From Desulfobacter sp. (GTDB lineage: Bacteria > Desulfobacterota > Desulfobacteria > Desulfobacterales > Desulfobacteraceae): a stretch of DNA of 64,000 nucleotides. A model generated the notes under the pieces. That model saw nothing but the letters and a program-made list of their open reading frames with translations, had not been told where the DNA came from and made no database searches. The DNA is taken from contig CP054838.1 of NCBI GenBank assembly GCA_028768545.1, positions 632,727 to 696,726 of the forward strand, in the 5' to 3' direction. A program made the translations under genes and the position numbers. Shown here piece by piece: positions 42,871 through 54,750 of the stretch; position 1 is the first letter of the stretch; each line of letters starts with the position of its first letter.

Positions 42871-43290
42871 TCATTGGTCAGATTTGGACATCTGCTCACC
42901 CATCTGCTGCATGGCGGCCTGGACCTTGGGGTCCATCATATAGGCGGTTATTTTCATCATGGCCTGGGGAATTTTTTCCGATGCCTCTTTTAATCGATCC
43001 ATCTCTTCTTCCATCCCTTTGGGCATTTTGCCCTGCTGATATTCTGGAAATTTTTCCTGGAACTCCCGAAGCTGGGGAATCAATTTTTTCATGCCCTGGG
43101 TGTAATCCTCAATGGTCTCGATCACCTCGTCTGCGTTTTTGGCATCCAAAAGCCCGTTTACGTAGTCTTCTGTCACACTGGCCTGGGTTTTAATAATCGA
43201 TTTTGCCTGGCTGCTACCGTCTGAACCGCACCCACACACAAGCACTGCGCTCAAGCACACGGCTGCCATAATCTGATAAATCTGTTTCAT
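42871..43290 (-). CDS. Hypothetical lipoprotein
   Basis: Signal peptide with lipobox-like VLVCG-C, followed by a helical body. Confidence 0.65.
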   Translation of the reverse strand: MKQIYQIMAAVCLSAVLVCGCGSDGSSQAKSIIKTQASVTEDYVNGLLDAKNADEVIETIEDYTQGMKKLIPQLREFQEKFPEYQQGKMPKGMEEEMDRLKEASEKIPQAMMKITAYMMDPKVQAAMQQMGEQMSKSDQ

Positions 43291-43342
43291 CTGGTCTTTC
43301 TCCTCTTATGATTATAATTTTGCTTTTTTAACCTCTGGTTCT

Positions 43343-46291
43343 CTATTCATCACGCCCCAGGTAATCATCGTAAATCCCGGCCACAGCATCGGCCTTTTCA
43401 ATGAGTATGGCCTCTGCCACGGTCTGGGGTTTTTCCTGAAGGGTGAGCCTGTGCATGGACTGGCGCATGGCCACATATGTTTCCTGAAGGATCTGGCTCT
43501 CCTCTCCGGAAATCAGCCCTTCCACGCTCAGTCCCTCCATAAGGCGGATATTATCCGTCCACACCAATACATCGGGGAACCTGGCACCATGGCAAAGCAC
43601 CAAAAACTGAACCAGAAACTCAATGTCCACAATGCCGCCCCGGACCTGTTTCAAATCAAAACGGCCGGGTTCAGGAACAAGGCGCTGTTTTCTCATTTTT
43701 TCCCGCATTTCACGGACTTCAGTTTTAAGAATTTCAGGATCTCGGTCCTTTGAAAGCACTTTTTCACGAATCCTGTCAAACCGTTCAAACAGGGCGGGAT
43801 CCCCTGCCACGCATCTTGCCCGGATCAGGGCCTGGTGCTCCCAGGTCCATGCCTGATTTTCCAGGTAGTCTTCAAAGGATTCCATATGGGAGACAATCAT
43901 GCCGGAATCCCCCCCCGGCCTTAGCCGCATATCCGCCCCGTAAAGGGTGCCGGCAGAGGTATGCATGGTCAGGGCGTGGATAATGCGCTGGCCCAGGTTG
44001 GAATAAAACCGGACAGTATCAATGGACCTTTCCCCCCCCAGGGTCTGCCCGGGATCTGCCTGATATAAAAAAACCAGATCCAGATCAGACTTGTATCCCA
44101 TTTCAAGGCCCCCGACTTTTCCATAGGCTGCAATGGCAAATCCGCACCCTTTAATTTCCGAACCTGAAAGCCCCTGCGGCTGGCCGTATTTTGAGGTCAC
44201 AATCTCCCAAGACGATTCCAAAACCTGGGTTAAAATGGTTTCCGCAATATAGGTGAGATGATCACTGACCTTCATCAAGGGATAGTTCCCGCTCACATCC
44301 GCGGCCGCCACCCTCAGGGTATTGACCTGGCGAAAAATATTGAGTTCTTCGAGCAAAAATTCCAGATCCCCCCTGGGGGTTCTGGCCATGCGGGTTTCCA
44401 TCTCCTTTTCCAGGGCCGTCCGTTTGGGCGGTGCATATAGGGTGGCCGGGTGCATGAGTTCATCCAAAAGCACGGGATGCTGGCTTAGAAACGAAATGAT
44501 CCAGGGACTTTTCCTGGCCAGGACAATGAGGGTGGACAACGCTCCCTTGTTTTCAATGAGCAAAGAAAGATAGCAGGTCCTCCGTTCAATGGTGATAATC
44601 AAATCAATGAGTTTGTTGAGCACCGTTTCCGCCTCAGAGGTCCGGCCGGCTTCTTTGACCAGCCGGGGCACCAGCCGGGCCAGTTTTTTCCGGCCGACAG
44701 GGGTGAGGCGCTGGGTATTGGGGTGGTCGGCCAGGATCCTGAGCATGGACAGGACCTGGTCAGGATCACGAAACCCCGACACCGCAATGGTTTCCGTTAT
44801 GAACTGGGGATCATTGAGGTTGGTCCATATCTGTTCAAGATCATGGGTCTTACTCTCCTTGTCCTCCTGGTCGCCTCCCACCAGCAACTGGGAAAAATGA
44901 CCGTGGACATTATCCAGCACCTTGGACAATACCTGGAAAAAATCAGCATGGGATTCAAACCCCATTGAAAGGGCTAAAATCTCTCTTTGCAAAGGATCCT
45001 GTGGAATATCGTGGACCTGGCGGTCCTGGTATTCCTGGAGCCTGTTTTCCACCTTCCGAAGAAAACAATAGGCGTGTTTAAGTTGTTCACAGGTTTTTTC
45101 ATTGATACATGAAAAATCCAGGAGAAGGTCAAGCACCCTTAGAATGGGCCGGACCTGAAGATCCGGCTCCACCCCTCCCCGGATCAGCTGAAACAGCTGG
45201 CCGAAAAACTCAACTTCCCTGATCCCCCCGGCCCCGAGCTTGATGTTGTCTTTCAGCTTTGCGCTTTTAACCTGAAGGGAAATCCGCTGCTTCATCTCCC
45301 TGAAAGAATCAAAGGATCCATAATCAAAATACCGTCGGTAAATAAAGGGTTTGAGAATGTTCAACAATTCATTGCCGCTCTCAATGTCCCCTGCCACCGG
45401 CCTTGCCTTGATCATGGCGTACCGCTCCCACTCCCGTCCCTGGGACTGGTAATACTGCTCAAAGGCAGCTGAATTCATAACCAGAGGGCCGTTCTCTCCA
45501 AAGGGACGAAGTCTTGTATCCACCCGGTAAAAATGGGTGCCGCTGCCCATGGCAAAAAGCTTTAAAAATTCCCGACAGAGCTTGGTAAAAAACTCATCAT
45601 TGGAAATGGATGATTCCCCTGTGGTATACCCCTGTTCAGGATAGGCAAAAATCAGATCAATATCCGAAGAAAAGTTAAGCTCCCCGGCCCCGAGTTTTCC
45701 CATCCCCAGGACAATGAGCTGCTGGAAGTTGCCGTTGGCATCGGTGGGCGTTCCCCATCGGTCGCAAAAGAGCGGGTAAAGGCGGTTAATCCCATAAGAG
45801 AGACAGGCGCAGGCAAGGTGTGACAGTTCAGCCATGGTCTCTTCAAGGGAGGCGATTCCCGCAAGGTCCCGCCAGGCAATCCTCACGGCTTCATATGTTT
45901 TAAACCGGATCAGCCCCTCTTTAACAGATCCCAAGTCTGCATCCTTAGGAATGAGTGGGTCCAGTTTTGTTTCAAATGTATGTGAAGAATAGCTGCGGAT
46001 CAAATCCCGGCTTTGCCCCATCTGTTCCAAAAATTGGGGATGGGTGGAAACCTGGGAGGCAATGAACTCACTATAAAGCATCACCTTTAAAAAATCATCT
46101 GACCCTAAAATCGCCTCATCCACCCGGGATTCGCTCTTTTCCAGGCGGTCATAAAACCGTGCAAGCCGTTGGGTTAGAACTGCGGCAATATCCAAAGAAA
46201 GCCCCGGAAAAACAGCCTCTATTTTCAAAGATACGGACTTTGGAATCATGATAAAAACCCCGGTATTAGGATCAATGGTTTCACACCTCAC
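43343..46291 (-). CDS. glnE: Bifunctional glutamine synthetase adenylyltransferase/adenylyl-removing enzyme
   Basis: Two nucleotidyltransferase repeats: MGKLGAGELNFSSDIDLIF and YGKVGGLEMGYKSDLDLVF; WERYA and WEHQAL. Confidence 0.95.
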   Translation of the reverse strand: MRCETIDPNTGVFIMIPKSVSLKIEAVFPGLSLDIAAVLTQRLARFYDRLEKSESRVDEAILGSDDFLKVMLYSEFIASQVSTHPQFLEQMGQSRDLIRSYSSHTFETKLDPLIPKDADLGSVKEGLIRFKTYEAVRIAWRDLAGIASLEETMAELSHLACACLSYGINRLYPLFCDRWGTPTDANGNFQQLIVLGMGKLGAGELNFSSDIDLIFAYPEQGYTTGESSISNDEFFTKLCREFLKLFAMGSGTHFYRVDTRLRPFGENGPLVMNSAAFEQYYQSQGREWERYAMIKARPVAGDIESGNELLNILKPFIYRRYFDYGSFDSFREMKQRISLQVKSAKLKDNIKLGAGGIREVEFFGQLFQLIRGGVEPDLQVRPILRVLDLLLDFSCINEKTCEQLKHAYCFLRKVENRLQEYQDRQVHDIPQDPLQREILALSMGFESHADFFQVLSKVLDNVHGHFSQLLVGGDQEDKESKTHDLEQIWTNLNDPQFITETIAVSGFRDPDQVLSMLRILADHPNTQRLTPVGRKKLARLVPRLVKEAGRTSEAETVLNKLIDLIITIERRTCYLSLLIENKGALSTLIVLARKSPWIISFLSQHPVLLDELMHPATLYAPPKRTALEKEMETRMARTPRGDLEFLLEELNIFRQVNTLRVAAADVSGNYPLMKVSDHLTYIAETILTQVLESSWEIVTSKYGQPQGLSGSEIKGCGFAIAAYGKVGGLEMGYKSDLDLVFLYQADPGQTLGGERSIDTVRFYSNLGQRIIHALTMHTSAGTLYGADMRLRPGGDSGMIVSHMESFEDYLENQAWTWEHQALIRARCVAGDPALFERFDRIREKVLSKDRDPEILKTEVREMREKMRKQRLVPEPGRFDLKQVRGGIVDIEFLVQFLVLCHGARFPDVLVWTDNIRLMEGLSVEGLISGEESQILQETYVAMRQSMHRLTLQEKPQTVAEAILIEKADAVAGIYDDYLGRDE

Positions 46292-46328
46292 GAACAGGTG
46301 ATATTATTACCCCGCTGTCATGGTAAAA

Positions 46329-47291
46329 TCAATTCTTAAACCAGGCACCGCACCTTGATGCCACATTTTTTTTTAAATTTTCATAGAAAAAATCATAGTC
46401 ATATCCATGGTAAACCCCCGGCCCCATCTTATGGTTCAGCAGGGGATAAATCTCAGGTTCCGGTATGACCAGCCCGGATTGTGCCATATCAATTTTTGCG
46501 CCGGTAAACTGAAATATTTTTTTAATAGACCCGTCAGGCATCTGAATCACCGCACCCAGGTTCTCTTTGGCCGAGACAAAGGCGGGGGTGTCTGACTAGG
46601 TCAGGGGATTGACAACCAATGCCCCTTTGACAATCACAGGAGATTTTGCCTTGTCTCCAATGGTATTCCAGGAAATAATGCACCCGGTCTGATCCGGTTT
46701 AACGGCCAAAGGCATGTCCAGAGCATCAAGATCCGTCCGGGTAACAGACCAGCCGATAATATAGGCGGCAATCACATTTTCCAAGGGAATCGCCCCCTCT
46801 TTCATGGCCCAGAGGGTGAGGTTGGACCCCTGACTGTGGCCGGCCAGAATACGCCCCTGGTTATAATATTTCAGATAATACGCAAATGCAGCCTTGTAAT
46901 CTTTGAGCCCGAGTTTAAGATAAGCATCCCTTTCCTGTTCCGGCTTTTCAAGCACCGCCATGGATGCCTGGCGGTAATATGGAGCAAAGATATTGCAGTG
47001 ATCGGCAAAAAACCCTGACTGATGTGAGGCAACGGCTTTTGAAGCTGCGCTGACCTCTTTGTTTGCAAGGGACACATTATAGCCGTCTGTTGTATCAAAA
47101 TAGGTGGTGGGATGCATAAAAAACAGATCCACGGGCTTGTCCATAATCTGGGGCAAAGAAATCCATGCACTTTGCCCGGCATAATCAGGGGAATCGTTTT
47201 TAGGGGGCGTGCCTGCAAAAGCAGAACAGGAAAAAATCAGAAAACCCATTAGGCCGTATGCCAAATACCTGCAAACAAAAAATCTCATCAT
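46329..47291 (-). pseudogene. DUF3089-like secreted alpha/beta hydrolase with an in-frame TAG
   Basis: FFMHPTTY, APYYRQ, AGHSQG, NPLT*SD (TAG 46596-46598, probably from TGG), then YHGYDYDFFYENL. Confidence 0.8.
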
Positions 47292-47484
47292 CTCTCCTTA
47301 AACATTTACCTGGGAACTGCAAAAGCGATACACAGATATATTCTTTGTTAGGAATAACCCGATTAATTTTATGCAGTGCCGGGGGGATGAACAGTTAAAA
47401 TCTTGGGAACCGATTCTATGACTTAAATCTGCGGGGCGCAAGCCTTTATTCAAAGAATACGGCCCGGATACGGGTAAATTTGTG

Positions 47485-50255
47485 GGGAATGTTCAGAATT
47501 CTGTGTCACGGTTTCGGTTCCCGGATCTGCCTCAGCGCCAGCGGAAGTAAAAGTCAGGTCCGAGAATGGGCCTTCAATCAGCCACGTCGGAGGAGTTGAC
47601 TTTTGCTGGAGTGGAGTTCCTGGAACCATCTTTTCCATCTGTAAATAAATCCCTATCAAATTCCCAGCTCTTTATCCAGCCGGCCTTCAAAGAAAATGGC
47701 CAACTGGGAAATTGTCAGTGACCAATTTTGAATCGGCATTGTCCATTTTTTACTGGCGTTCTGGATCCCCATGTAAAGCAGCTTTAACAGGCTGTCCTGG
47801 TTCGGGAATGATCCCTTTGTTTTGGTCAGTTTTCGAAACTGTCGATGCACAGCCTCAATGGTATTTGTGGTGTATATTATCCGTCGAATCTCTTCTGGAT
47901 ATTTAAAGAAATGACTGAGGCGTTCCCAGTTGTTCCGCCAGGATTTTATCACAATCGGGTATTTGTCATTCCATTTATTTTCCAAGATATCCAGTTCTTC
48001 TTCGGCCAGATCCTTATTGACCGCTTTATAAACACGTTTTAGATCTGCCCAGTGATGTCCGGTTAGGTTTTTGCTTGCTCAATAATTTTTTGATCTTTGA
48101 CAATATTGTCCCTGTTTGAACTATGAGAGCCCTGCTCCTCGCAGCCAAACAGGTCATTTAGAATGGCGGTTCGCAGCTGCCGAACTCTTTTGATCGTGAC
48201 CTTTTCATTAAACTGTTTTTGGCAATGGATTGCCAGTAACAGGTAAGTGATAAGGCCGCCAAGAATCTGAACCATAAGGCCGTATTCACTGCGGGCAATG
48301 AGATGATATACCTTCAGATGTTCTTTCCACCATTTGAAAAAATCCTCAATGGTCCACCGGAGTTTATAAATTGTTGCTATTTGTTCCGCTGTTAAATCAT
48401 GCCTGTCAGTTGCCACATAGTATTTGACGCCAGCAATTTTATAGCCAACAACCCGAACAGGCCTTTTCGTCTGGTTTTGATTCGGAGTACCAAGTTTAAC
48501 CAGTGCATCATAAAAAATGTAGCTGTCGGAAGGGGTCTCGTGGTTATCAATAATTGTTCTTGTTGTCCTGGTTTTTATACGGCAGACAAAATGTTTGCCT
48601 TGCTCCTGAAGCAGGTCAAATTCTTTATGGGATTGATATCCACGATCCATAACACCTGTTTGCCCCTTGGAAAGTATTTTGGGAACAAAAGTGCGTTCAG
48701 CGCCGTTGCCTTCAGTCAAAAAGATTTTGTTTGGGATTCCGTGATTAATGTCAAATCCGCAATGTACTTTGGCTTTTTTACTTCCTTTTCTGTAGTTCGC
48801 CCAGTGCATTGAAAGGACTGCATTTATGAGACTACCGTCAATGGAAACCAACTCTCCTAACTCGGCGTGTTCACCCGGATGACACTCAAGAGCCTGTTTA
48901 TAAAGATCCTCAAAGATAAATTGCAGTTGTTCGAGTCCCCTGTGATTGATGGCTTCACAGAAACTACTACGGCTGATACCACCGTCTGGCGCAATATTTT
49001 CTTTAGCAAAAACATTCTCCTTGAGATCCTGAATTAAATGTCGGGCAGACTTGTGCTCCTGAAGATGGAAATAAACCAAAGCATTTATCTGGTCTTCGAA
49101 TGTCATTTTTAAAGGGCGGTCTCCTCGAGATTGTAATTCCGGTGCTTTTGAAAGTGACTTTATCAGAGGGCACCTGAAATTGTCAAAGTTCAGGGACCGT
49201 AGTTGTTTTTTAGGGACTGAGATGTGCGTCATTTGAGCTCCTTGAGTTAAATTTTCAAGGAGCTCAAAAATTTTTACGCACATTTGTCAACACAAAACAG
49301 ACTGTTTTTTCAATGATTTTAGATGCTTTTTATATGCAACAACCTAACCGGACACTACTGAGATCTGCCATAAATTCCTTTTTATTTTTGGAACCAACGT
49401 ATTTCAATGAATTTCGGATCTGGTGGACTACGCAGACTTGAACTTCTGTGTCCGGGAATATGGTCTCAATGGCCTCGGGAAAACCTTTTAGACCATCAAC
49501 ACAGGCAATCAGGATATCTTTTACCCCTCGGTTTGAAAGGTCTGTTAACACCTGCAGCCAGAAGTTCGCACCCTCATTCTCGGATATGTACAGCCCAAGA
49601 ACCTCTTTGCGGCCCTCGATATTCACCCCAAGAATTGTGTAAACGGCTTTGCTGCCGACCTTTCCGTTTTCTCGTACTTTATAATGTATGGCATCAAGCC
49701 ATACGATTGGGTACACATTTTCCAACGGCCTGGCCTGCCATTCTTTGACGGTATGGATGATTTTATCGGTAATGGTGCTCAGAGTGGCATTTGAAATCTC
49801 AAGTCCATAGATTTCCTGTAAATGGGAAGCCATATCATTATAACTCATGCCCAGGCCGTAAAGGGCTATTATCTTTCTTTCAATTTCATCGCTGAGCGTT
49901 GTCTGATGTTTTTTGACGATCTGTGGAGAGAAGGTTCCGGCCCTGTCACGCGGGGTTTCCAGCTCAAATTTACCATCCAGGGATTTAATGGTCTTTTTGC
50001 TTTTTCCATTACGGCGGTTGGCAGAAACTTCCTGCCCGAGATGGGACTCCAACTCTCCTTCAAGAGCAGCTTCAGCAAGATTTTTGATTAATGATGTAAG
50101 GACGCCGCCCTTACCTGTGAAGGGTTTACCTTCCTGGATGCCTTTAAGGGCTTTTTGAAAATCAAATTCGGTGTTTTCTTCGGTCATGTCAGTTCTCCTT
50201 ATTTAGCTGAGTATATCAGCTTTCATTCAACTGACACAGAATTTTGAACGCCCTC
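47485..50255 (-). mobile_element. IS256-family element, copy 2, interrupted by IS4
   Basis: 8-bp TSD AATTTGTG (47477-47484 and 50256-50263). Removing the IS4 and its duplication gives 1451 bp, the same as copy 1. Confidence 0.95.
48050..49360 (-). mobile_element. IS4-family element, complete (transposase ends at 48063)
   Basis: IRs CAGT(GA/AG)TGTCCGGTTAGGTT and 9-bp TSD AGATCTGCC. DGS, MDRGY and YKLRWTIEDFFK motifs. Confidence 0.95.
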
Positions 50256-50399
50256 AATTTGTGAGGGTATCCTGCTGGATTAACGGGATTTGAGCATCCA
50301 TCAGGACTTGCCAATTGGGCTCTGTTTATGGTATCTAAATAGGTTCGTTTTGTATGAATGGGTATTTTAAGCCAATAACGCACGGACAGGTAAATCCAT

Positions 50400-51536
50400 A
50401 TGAAAGCACTATTAGCCTTGGAAGACGGCAGAACATTTCCCTGCAGGAGTTTTACAGGACAGGGGGAGGCCGCAGGAGAAGCAGTCTTTAATACAAGCAT
50501 GACCGGATACCAGGAGATTTTGACAGATCCGTCCTATTTCGGTCAGATGGTCACCATGACCTATCCTTTGATTGGAAATTACGGGGTCTGCCCCGAAGAC
50601 ATCGAGTCAGACAGGGTTCAGGTGGCCGCGTTTATCGTCAAGGAATACCAGGAGTTTCCCAGCAATTTCCGATCCAAGGGCAGCCTGGCCGATTATTTGA
50701 TCAAAAGCCATGTATTGGGCATCGAAGACCTGGACACCAGGGCTTTAACCCGACATATCCGAAAATCAGGGGCCATGCGGGCCGTAATTTCCACCTCAGA
50801 CCTGGATCCTGATTCCCTGGTGGCCAAGGCAAAACAAATTGCCCCCATGGAAGGCAGTGACCTTGTGGGCCATGTGACCACCAAAAAGCCCTACTTTTGG
50901 AAGTACAATCAGCCGAAATATGTGGAGAACATAGATGATCCTTTGATCTGGCGGTACAAGGGAAAAAAGCATTCTGTGGTGGCCCTGGATTTCGGCATTA
51001 AATACAATATTATCCGCTGCCTTGAAGCGGCCGGATGCGAGGTCCTGGTGGTACCGGCCGCCACCCCAGCCGACACCATCTCAGCCCTCAAACCCGAGGG
51101 TATATTTTTGTCCAACGGCCCGGGAGACCCAGAACCCCTGACCTATGCCGTTGAAACCATAAAAGCCCTGCTGGGCCAGGCGCCTATTTTTGGCATCTGC
51201 CTGGGCATGCAATTGCTCGGCCTTGCCATGGGCGGTAAAACAATGAAGATCAAATTCGGCCACAGGGGTGGTAACCAGCCCGTTAAAAACATGGATACCG
51301 GAAAGGTGGAAATCACCTCCCAGAATCATGGATTTGCCGTGGATCTCAACAGCCTGGACAAAAAAAATTCATTGCTCACCCATATCAATTTGAATGAAGA
51401 TTCCCTTGAAGGCCTGAAAAACGATTCCATTCAAGCCTTTGCCGTCCAATATCACCCGGAAGCATCCCCCGGCCCCCATGATGCTGCCTATCTTTTTACC
51501 CAGTTTGCAAAAGTGATGGAAAATGCCAAAGCGTAA
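50400..51536 (+). CDS. carA: Carbamoyl-phosphate synthase small subunit
   Basis: [28 protein letters not shown] and [12 protein letters not shown] motifs. Confidence 0.97.
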   Translation: MKALLALEDGRTFPCRSFTGQGEAAGEAVFNTSMTGYQEILTDPSYFGQMVTMTYPLIGNYGVCPEDIESDRVQVAAFIVKEYQEFPSNFRSKGSLADYLIKSHVLGIEDLDTRALTRHIRKSGAMRAVISTSDLDPDSLVAKAKQIAPMEGSDLVGHVTTKKPYFWKYNQPKYVENIDDPLIWRYKGKKHSVVALDFGIKYNIIRCLEAAGCEVLVVPAATPADTISALKPEGIFLSNGPGDPEPLTYAVETIKALLGQAPIFGICLGMQLLGLAMGGKTMKIKFGHRGGNQPVKNMDTGKVEITSQNHGFAVDLNSLDKKNSLLTHINLNEDSLEGLKNDSIQAFAVQYHPEASPGPHDAAYLFTQFAKVMENAKA

Positions 51537-54500
51537 TGACATAAAAAAGATCCTGATCATTGGAGCAGGTCCGATCATCATATCCCAGGCCTGCGAGTTT
51601 GACTATTCCGGCACCCAGGCCTGCAAAGCCCTGAAGGAAGAAGGGTTTGAAGTGGTTCTCATCAATTCAAATCCCGCCACCATCATGACGGATCCTGAAA
51701 CGGCGGACCGGGTCTATATCGAGCCTGTGACCCCGGAAACCCTGTGCAAGATCATTGAAAAGGAACGGCCAGACGCCATTTTGCCCACCCTGGGCGGCCA
51801 GACCGCATTGAACACCACCATTGATGCCGCCAAAACAGGGATATTTGAAAAGTACAATATCGAACTGATCGGGGCCTCCATTGACGCCATTAACAAGGCC
51901 GAAGACCGGGAACTGTTCCGGGATACCATGAACAAAATCGGATTGAGGATTCCCAAGTCCAGATTTGCCACCAATATGATAGAGGTAGAAGAGGTCTCCA
52001 AGCGCATCGGCTTTCCCATCATTGTCCGGCCAAGCTTTACCTTGGGCGGCACCGGCGGCGGGGTGGCCTATAATTCAGAAGAACTGGCCAATCTTTGTAA
52101 GGCAGGGCTTGATGCCTCCCTCAATACCCAGGTCATGCTGGAAGAATCCGTCCTTGGCTGGAAAGAGTACGAGCTTGAGGTGATGCGGGACCATGCCGAC
52201 AACGTGGTCATCATCTGTTCCATTGAAAATATCGATGCCATGGGGGTTCACACGGGAGATTCAGTCACCGTGGCCCCGGCCCAGACCTTGTCGGACAAGG
52301 AATACCAGAAACTGCGGGACGCATCCATCGCCATTATCCGGGAAATCGGGGTGGACACGGGCGGCTCCAACGTCCAGTTTGCCGTGAACCCTGAAAACGG
52401 GGATATCATTATTGTTGAAATGAATCCCAGGGTGTCCAGATCCTCGGCCCTGGCCTCCAAGGCCACGGGTTTTCCCATTGCCAAAATCGCAGCCAAGCTG
52501 GCCGTAGGCTATACTCTGGATGAAATCCCCAATGATATCACCGGGGAAACCATGGCCTGCTTTGAGCCCTCCATTGATTATTGTGTGCTTAAAATTCCCA
52601 GATGGACCTTTGAAAAATTTCCCGAAACCGATGATATCCTGACCACGGCCATGAAATCCGTGGGGGAAACCATGGCCATTGGGCGGACCTTTAAAGAGGC
52701 CTTTCAAAAAGGATTGCGGTCCCTGGAAATCGGAAGGGAAGGATTCGGAGCTGACGGCAAGGATCCTGAACCCGGGTCTGTGACCGGCAATGATCTGGAA
52801 TATAAATTGTCCACACCCAATTCCCAGCGGCTGTTTTATATCAAATATGCCCTGGAAAACGGGATGCCCATCACCATGCTCCATGAACTGACCGCCATTG
52901 ATCCCTGGTTCTTGTTTCAGATGAAACAGATCGTGGACCTGGAAAAACAACTCAAGCTGGCCGGTCAGAATCTGCCCAAAGATCTTTTTGAAAAGGCCAA
53001 AAAATACGGTTTTTCAGACAAGCAGCTGGCCTATCTTTCAGGGGGATTCACCGACAAACAGATTGAACAGAAAAGAAAAGATTTGGGTCTCGTGCCGGTA
53101 TACAAACTGGTGGACACCTGTGCGGCAGAGTTCAGGGCCACAACCCCCTATTATTATTCCACCTATGAAACCGAATGCGAGGCCCGGGTGGAAGACAAAA
53201 AAAAGGTAATCATCCTGGGCGGCGGGCCCAACCGCATCGGCCAGGGTATTGAATTTGACTATTGCTGTGTCCATGCCTCCTTTGCCCTGAGAGAAGAGGG
53301 GGTGGAATCCATCATGGTCAACTCCAACCCGGAAACCGTATCCACGGACTATGATACCTCGGACAAACTCTACTTTGAACCCTTGACCAGGGAAGATGTC
53401 CTCCACATCGTGGAAAAGGAAAACCCCTTTGGGGTGATTGTCCAATTCGGGGGACAAACCCCCTTAAACCTGGCCACAGACCTTCAAAAGGCAGGGGTCC
53501 CCATCATTGGGACCAGCCCTGAAAGCATTGACCGGGCAGAAGACAGGGATCTTTTCCAGGCCATGCTCAACAAGCTTGGACTTCTCCAGCCTGAAAACGG
53601 GATTGCCTATTCCTATGAAGAGGCGGTTTCCGTGGCCCGGGATATCGGATATCCAATCATGGTCAGACCCTCGTTTGTTCTGGGCGGCCGTGCCATGAAG
53701 ATTGTCTATGATGAAAAAGACCTTAAAGAATACTTTGATCTGGCGGTCCAGGCCTCTCCGGACAAACCCGTACTCATTGATAAATTCTTAGAAGAGGCCT
53801 TTGAGCTGGACGTGGATGCCATTTCAGACGGTGAAGAGACCATCATCGGCGGAATGATGGAGCATATTGAAGAGGCGGGCATTCATTCGGGAGATTCTGC
53901 CTGCGTTTTGCCCCCATACTCCATTTCCAAGGAGCACATCCATGAGATGGCAGATGCAGCCCGTGCCATTGCCAAAGAGCTCAATGTCCGGGGATTGATG
54001 AACATCCAGTTCGGGATCATGAACGACAAGGTGTATATCATTGAGGTCAACCCGAGAGCATCCAGGACCATCCCCTTTGTGTCCAAAGCCATTGGCGTAC
54101 CCTTGGCCAAACTGGCCACCAAGGTCATGCTGGGCAAAAGCCTCAGGGAACTGGGATTTACCAAAGAGGTCACCCCCGCTTACTATTGTGTCAAAGAAGC
54201 GGTCATGCCCTTTGACCGGTTTGCCAATGTAGATCCTGTTCTGGGACCTGAAATGAAATCCACAGGAGAGGTGATGGGCATAGACAAGGATCTTGGCGCG
54301 GCCGTGGCCAAGGCCCAGTTTGCCGCAGGCCAGAGACTGCCCAAAGAGGGTACGGTATTCATCTCTGTCCAGGACAAGGACAAGGCAGCAGCCCTGCCCG
54401 TGGCTAAAAATTTCCACGACATGGGATTCACCATCATGGCCACCCGTGGAACCGCCCAGTTTTTAGAAGAAAACAAGGTGCCCACCAAACGGGTGAAAAA

Positions 54501-54750
54501 AGTCTCTTCAGGACGTCCCCATGTGGTGGATGCCGTAAAGAACAATGAAATCCAGCTCATACTCAATACCGGTGCCTCAAGCCAGACCCAGCGGGACGGG
54601 TACCAGATCCGGCGGGCTGCCATTAAATATAAAATACCCTATGCAACAACCACTGACGGTACCCGGGCCATCTGCTCGGCCATCCAGGCCATGAAGCGTG
54701 AAGCATTGTCCGTCAAACCGATCCAGCATTACCACCAGGAAAATTTATAA
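51523..54750 (+). CDS. carB: Carbamoyl-phosphate synthase large subunit
   Basis: [24 protein letters not shown], two ATP-grasp domains and an MGS domain. Confidence 0.98.
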   Translation: MPKRNDIKKILIIGAGPIIISQACEFDYSGTQACKALKEEGFEVVLINSNPATIMTDPETADRVYIEPVTPETLCKIIEKERPDAILPTLGGQTALNTTIDAAKTGIFEKYNIELIGASIDAINKAEDRELFRDTMNKIGLRIPKSRFATNMIEVEEVSKRIGFPIIVRPSFTLGGTGGGVAYNSEELANLCKAGLDASLNTQVMLEESVLGWKEYELEVMRDHADNVVIICSIENIDAMGVHTGDSVTVAPAQTLSDKEYQKLRDASIAIIREIGVDTGGSNVQFAVNPENGDIIIVEMNPRVSRSSALASKATGFPIAKIAAKLAVGYTLDEIPNDITGETMACFEPSIDYCVLKIPRWTFEKFPETDDILTTAMKSVGETMAIGRTFKEAFQKGLRSLEIGREGFGADGKDPEPGSVTGNDLEYKLSTPNSQRLFYIKYALENGMPITMLHELTAIDPWFLFQMKQIVDLEKQLKLAGQNLPKDLFEKAKKYGFSDKQLAYLSGGFTDKQIEQKRKDLGLVPVYKLVDTCAAEFRATTPYYYSTYETECEARVEDKKKVIILGGGPNRIGQGIEFDYCCVHASFALREEGVESIMVNSNPETVSTDYDTSDKLYFEPLTREDVLHIVEKENPFGVIVQFGGQTPLNLATDLQKAGVPIIGTSPESIDRAEDRDLFQAMLNKLGLLQPENGIAYSYEEAVSVARDIGYPIMVRPSFVLGGRAMKIVYDEKDLKEYFDLAVQASPDKPVLIDKFLEEAFELDVDAISDGEETIIGGMMEHIEEAGIHSGDSACVLPPYSISKEHIHEMADAARAIAKELNVRGLMNIQFGIMNDKVYIIEVNPRASRTIPFVSKAIGVPLAKLATKVMLGKSLRELGFTKEVTPAYYCVKEAVMPFDRFANVDPVLGPEMKSTGEVMGIDKDLGAAVAKAQFAAGQRLPKEGTVFISVQDKDKAAALPVAKNFHDMGFTIMATRGTAQFLEENKVPTKRVKKVSSGRPHVVDAVKNNEIQLILNTGASSQTQRDGYQIRRAAIKYKIPYATTTDGTRAICSAIQAMKREALSVKPIQHYHQENL

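Noticed and set aside
38564-46598. Two in-frame TAG codons as possible pyrrolysine or amber recoding
   Set aside because: TAG ends normal genes here (7968, 14633, 22289). The two sites are single-step changes from CAG and TGG in genes that have or neighbour other lesions. There are no pyl genes in the window.
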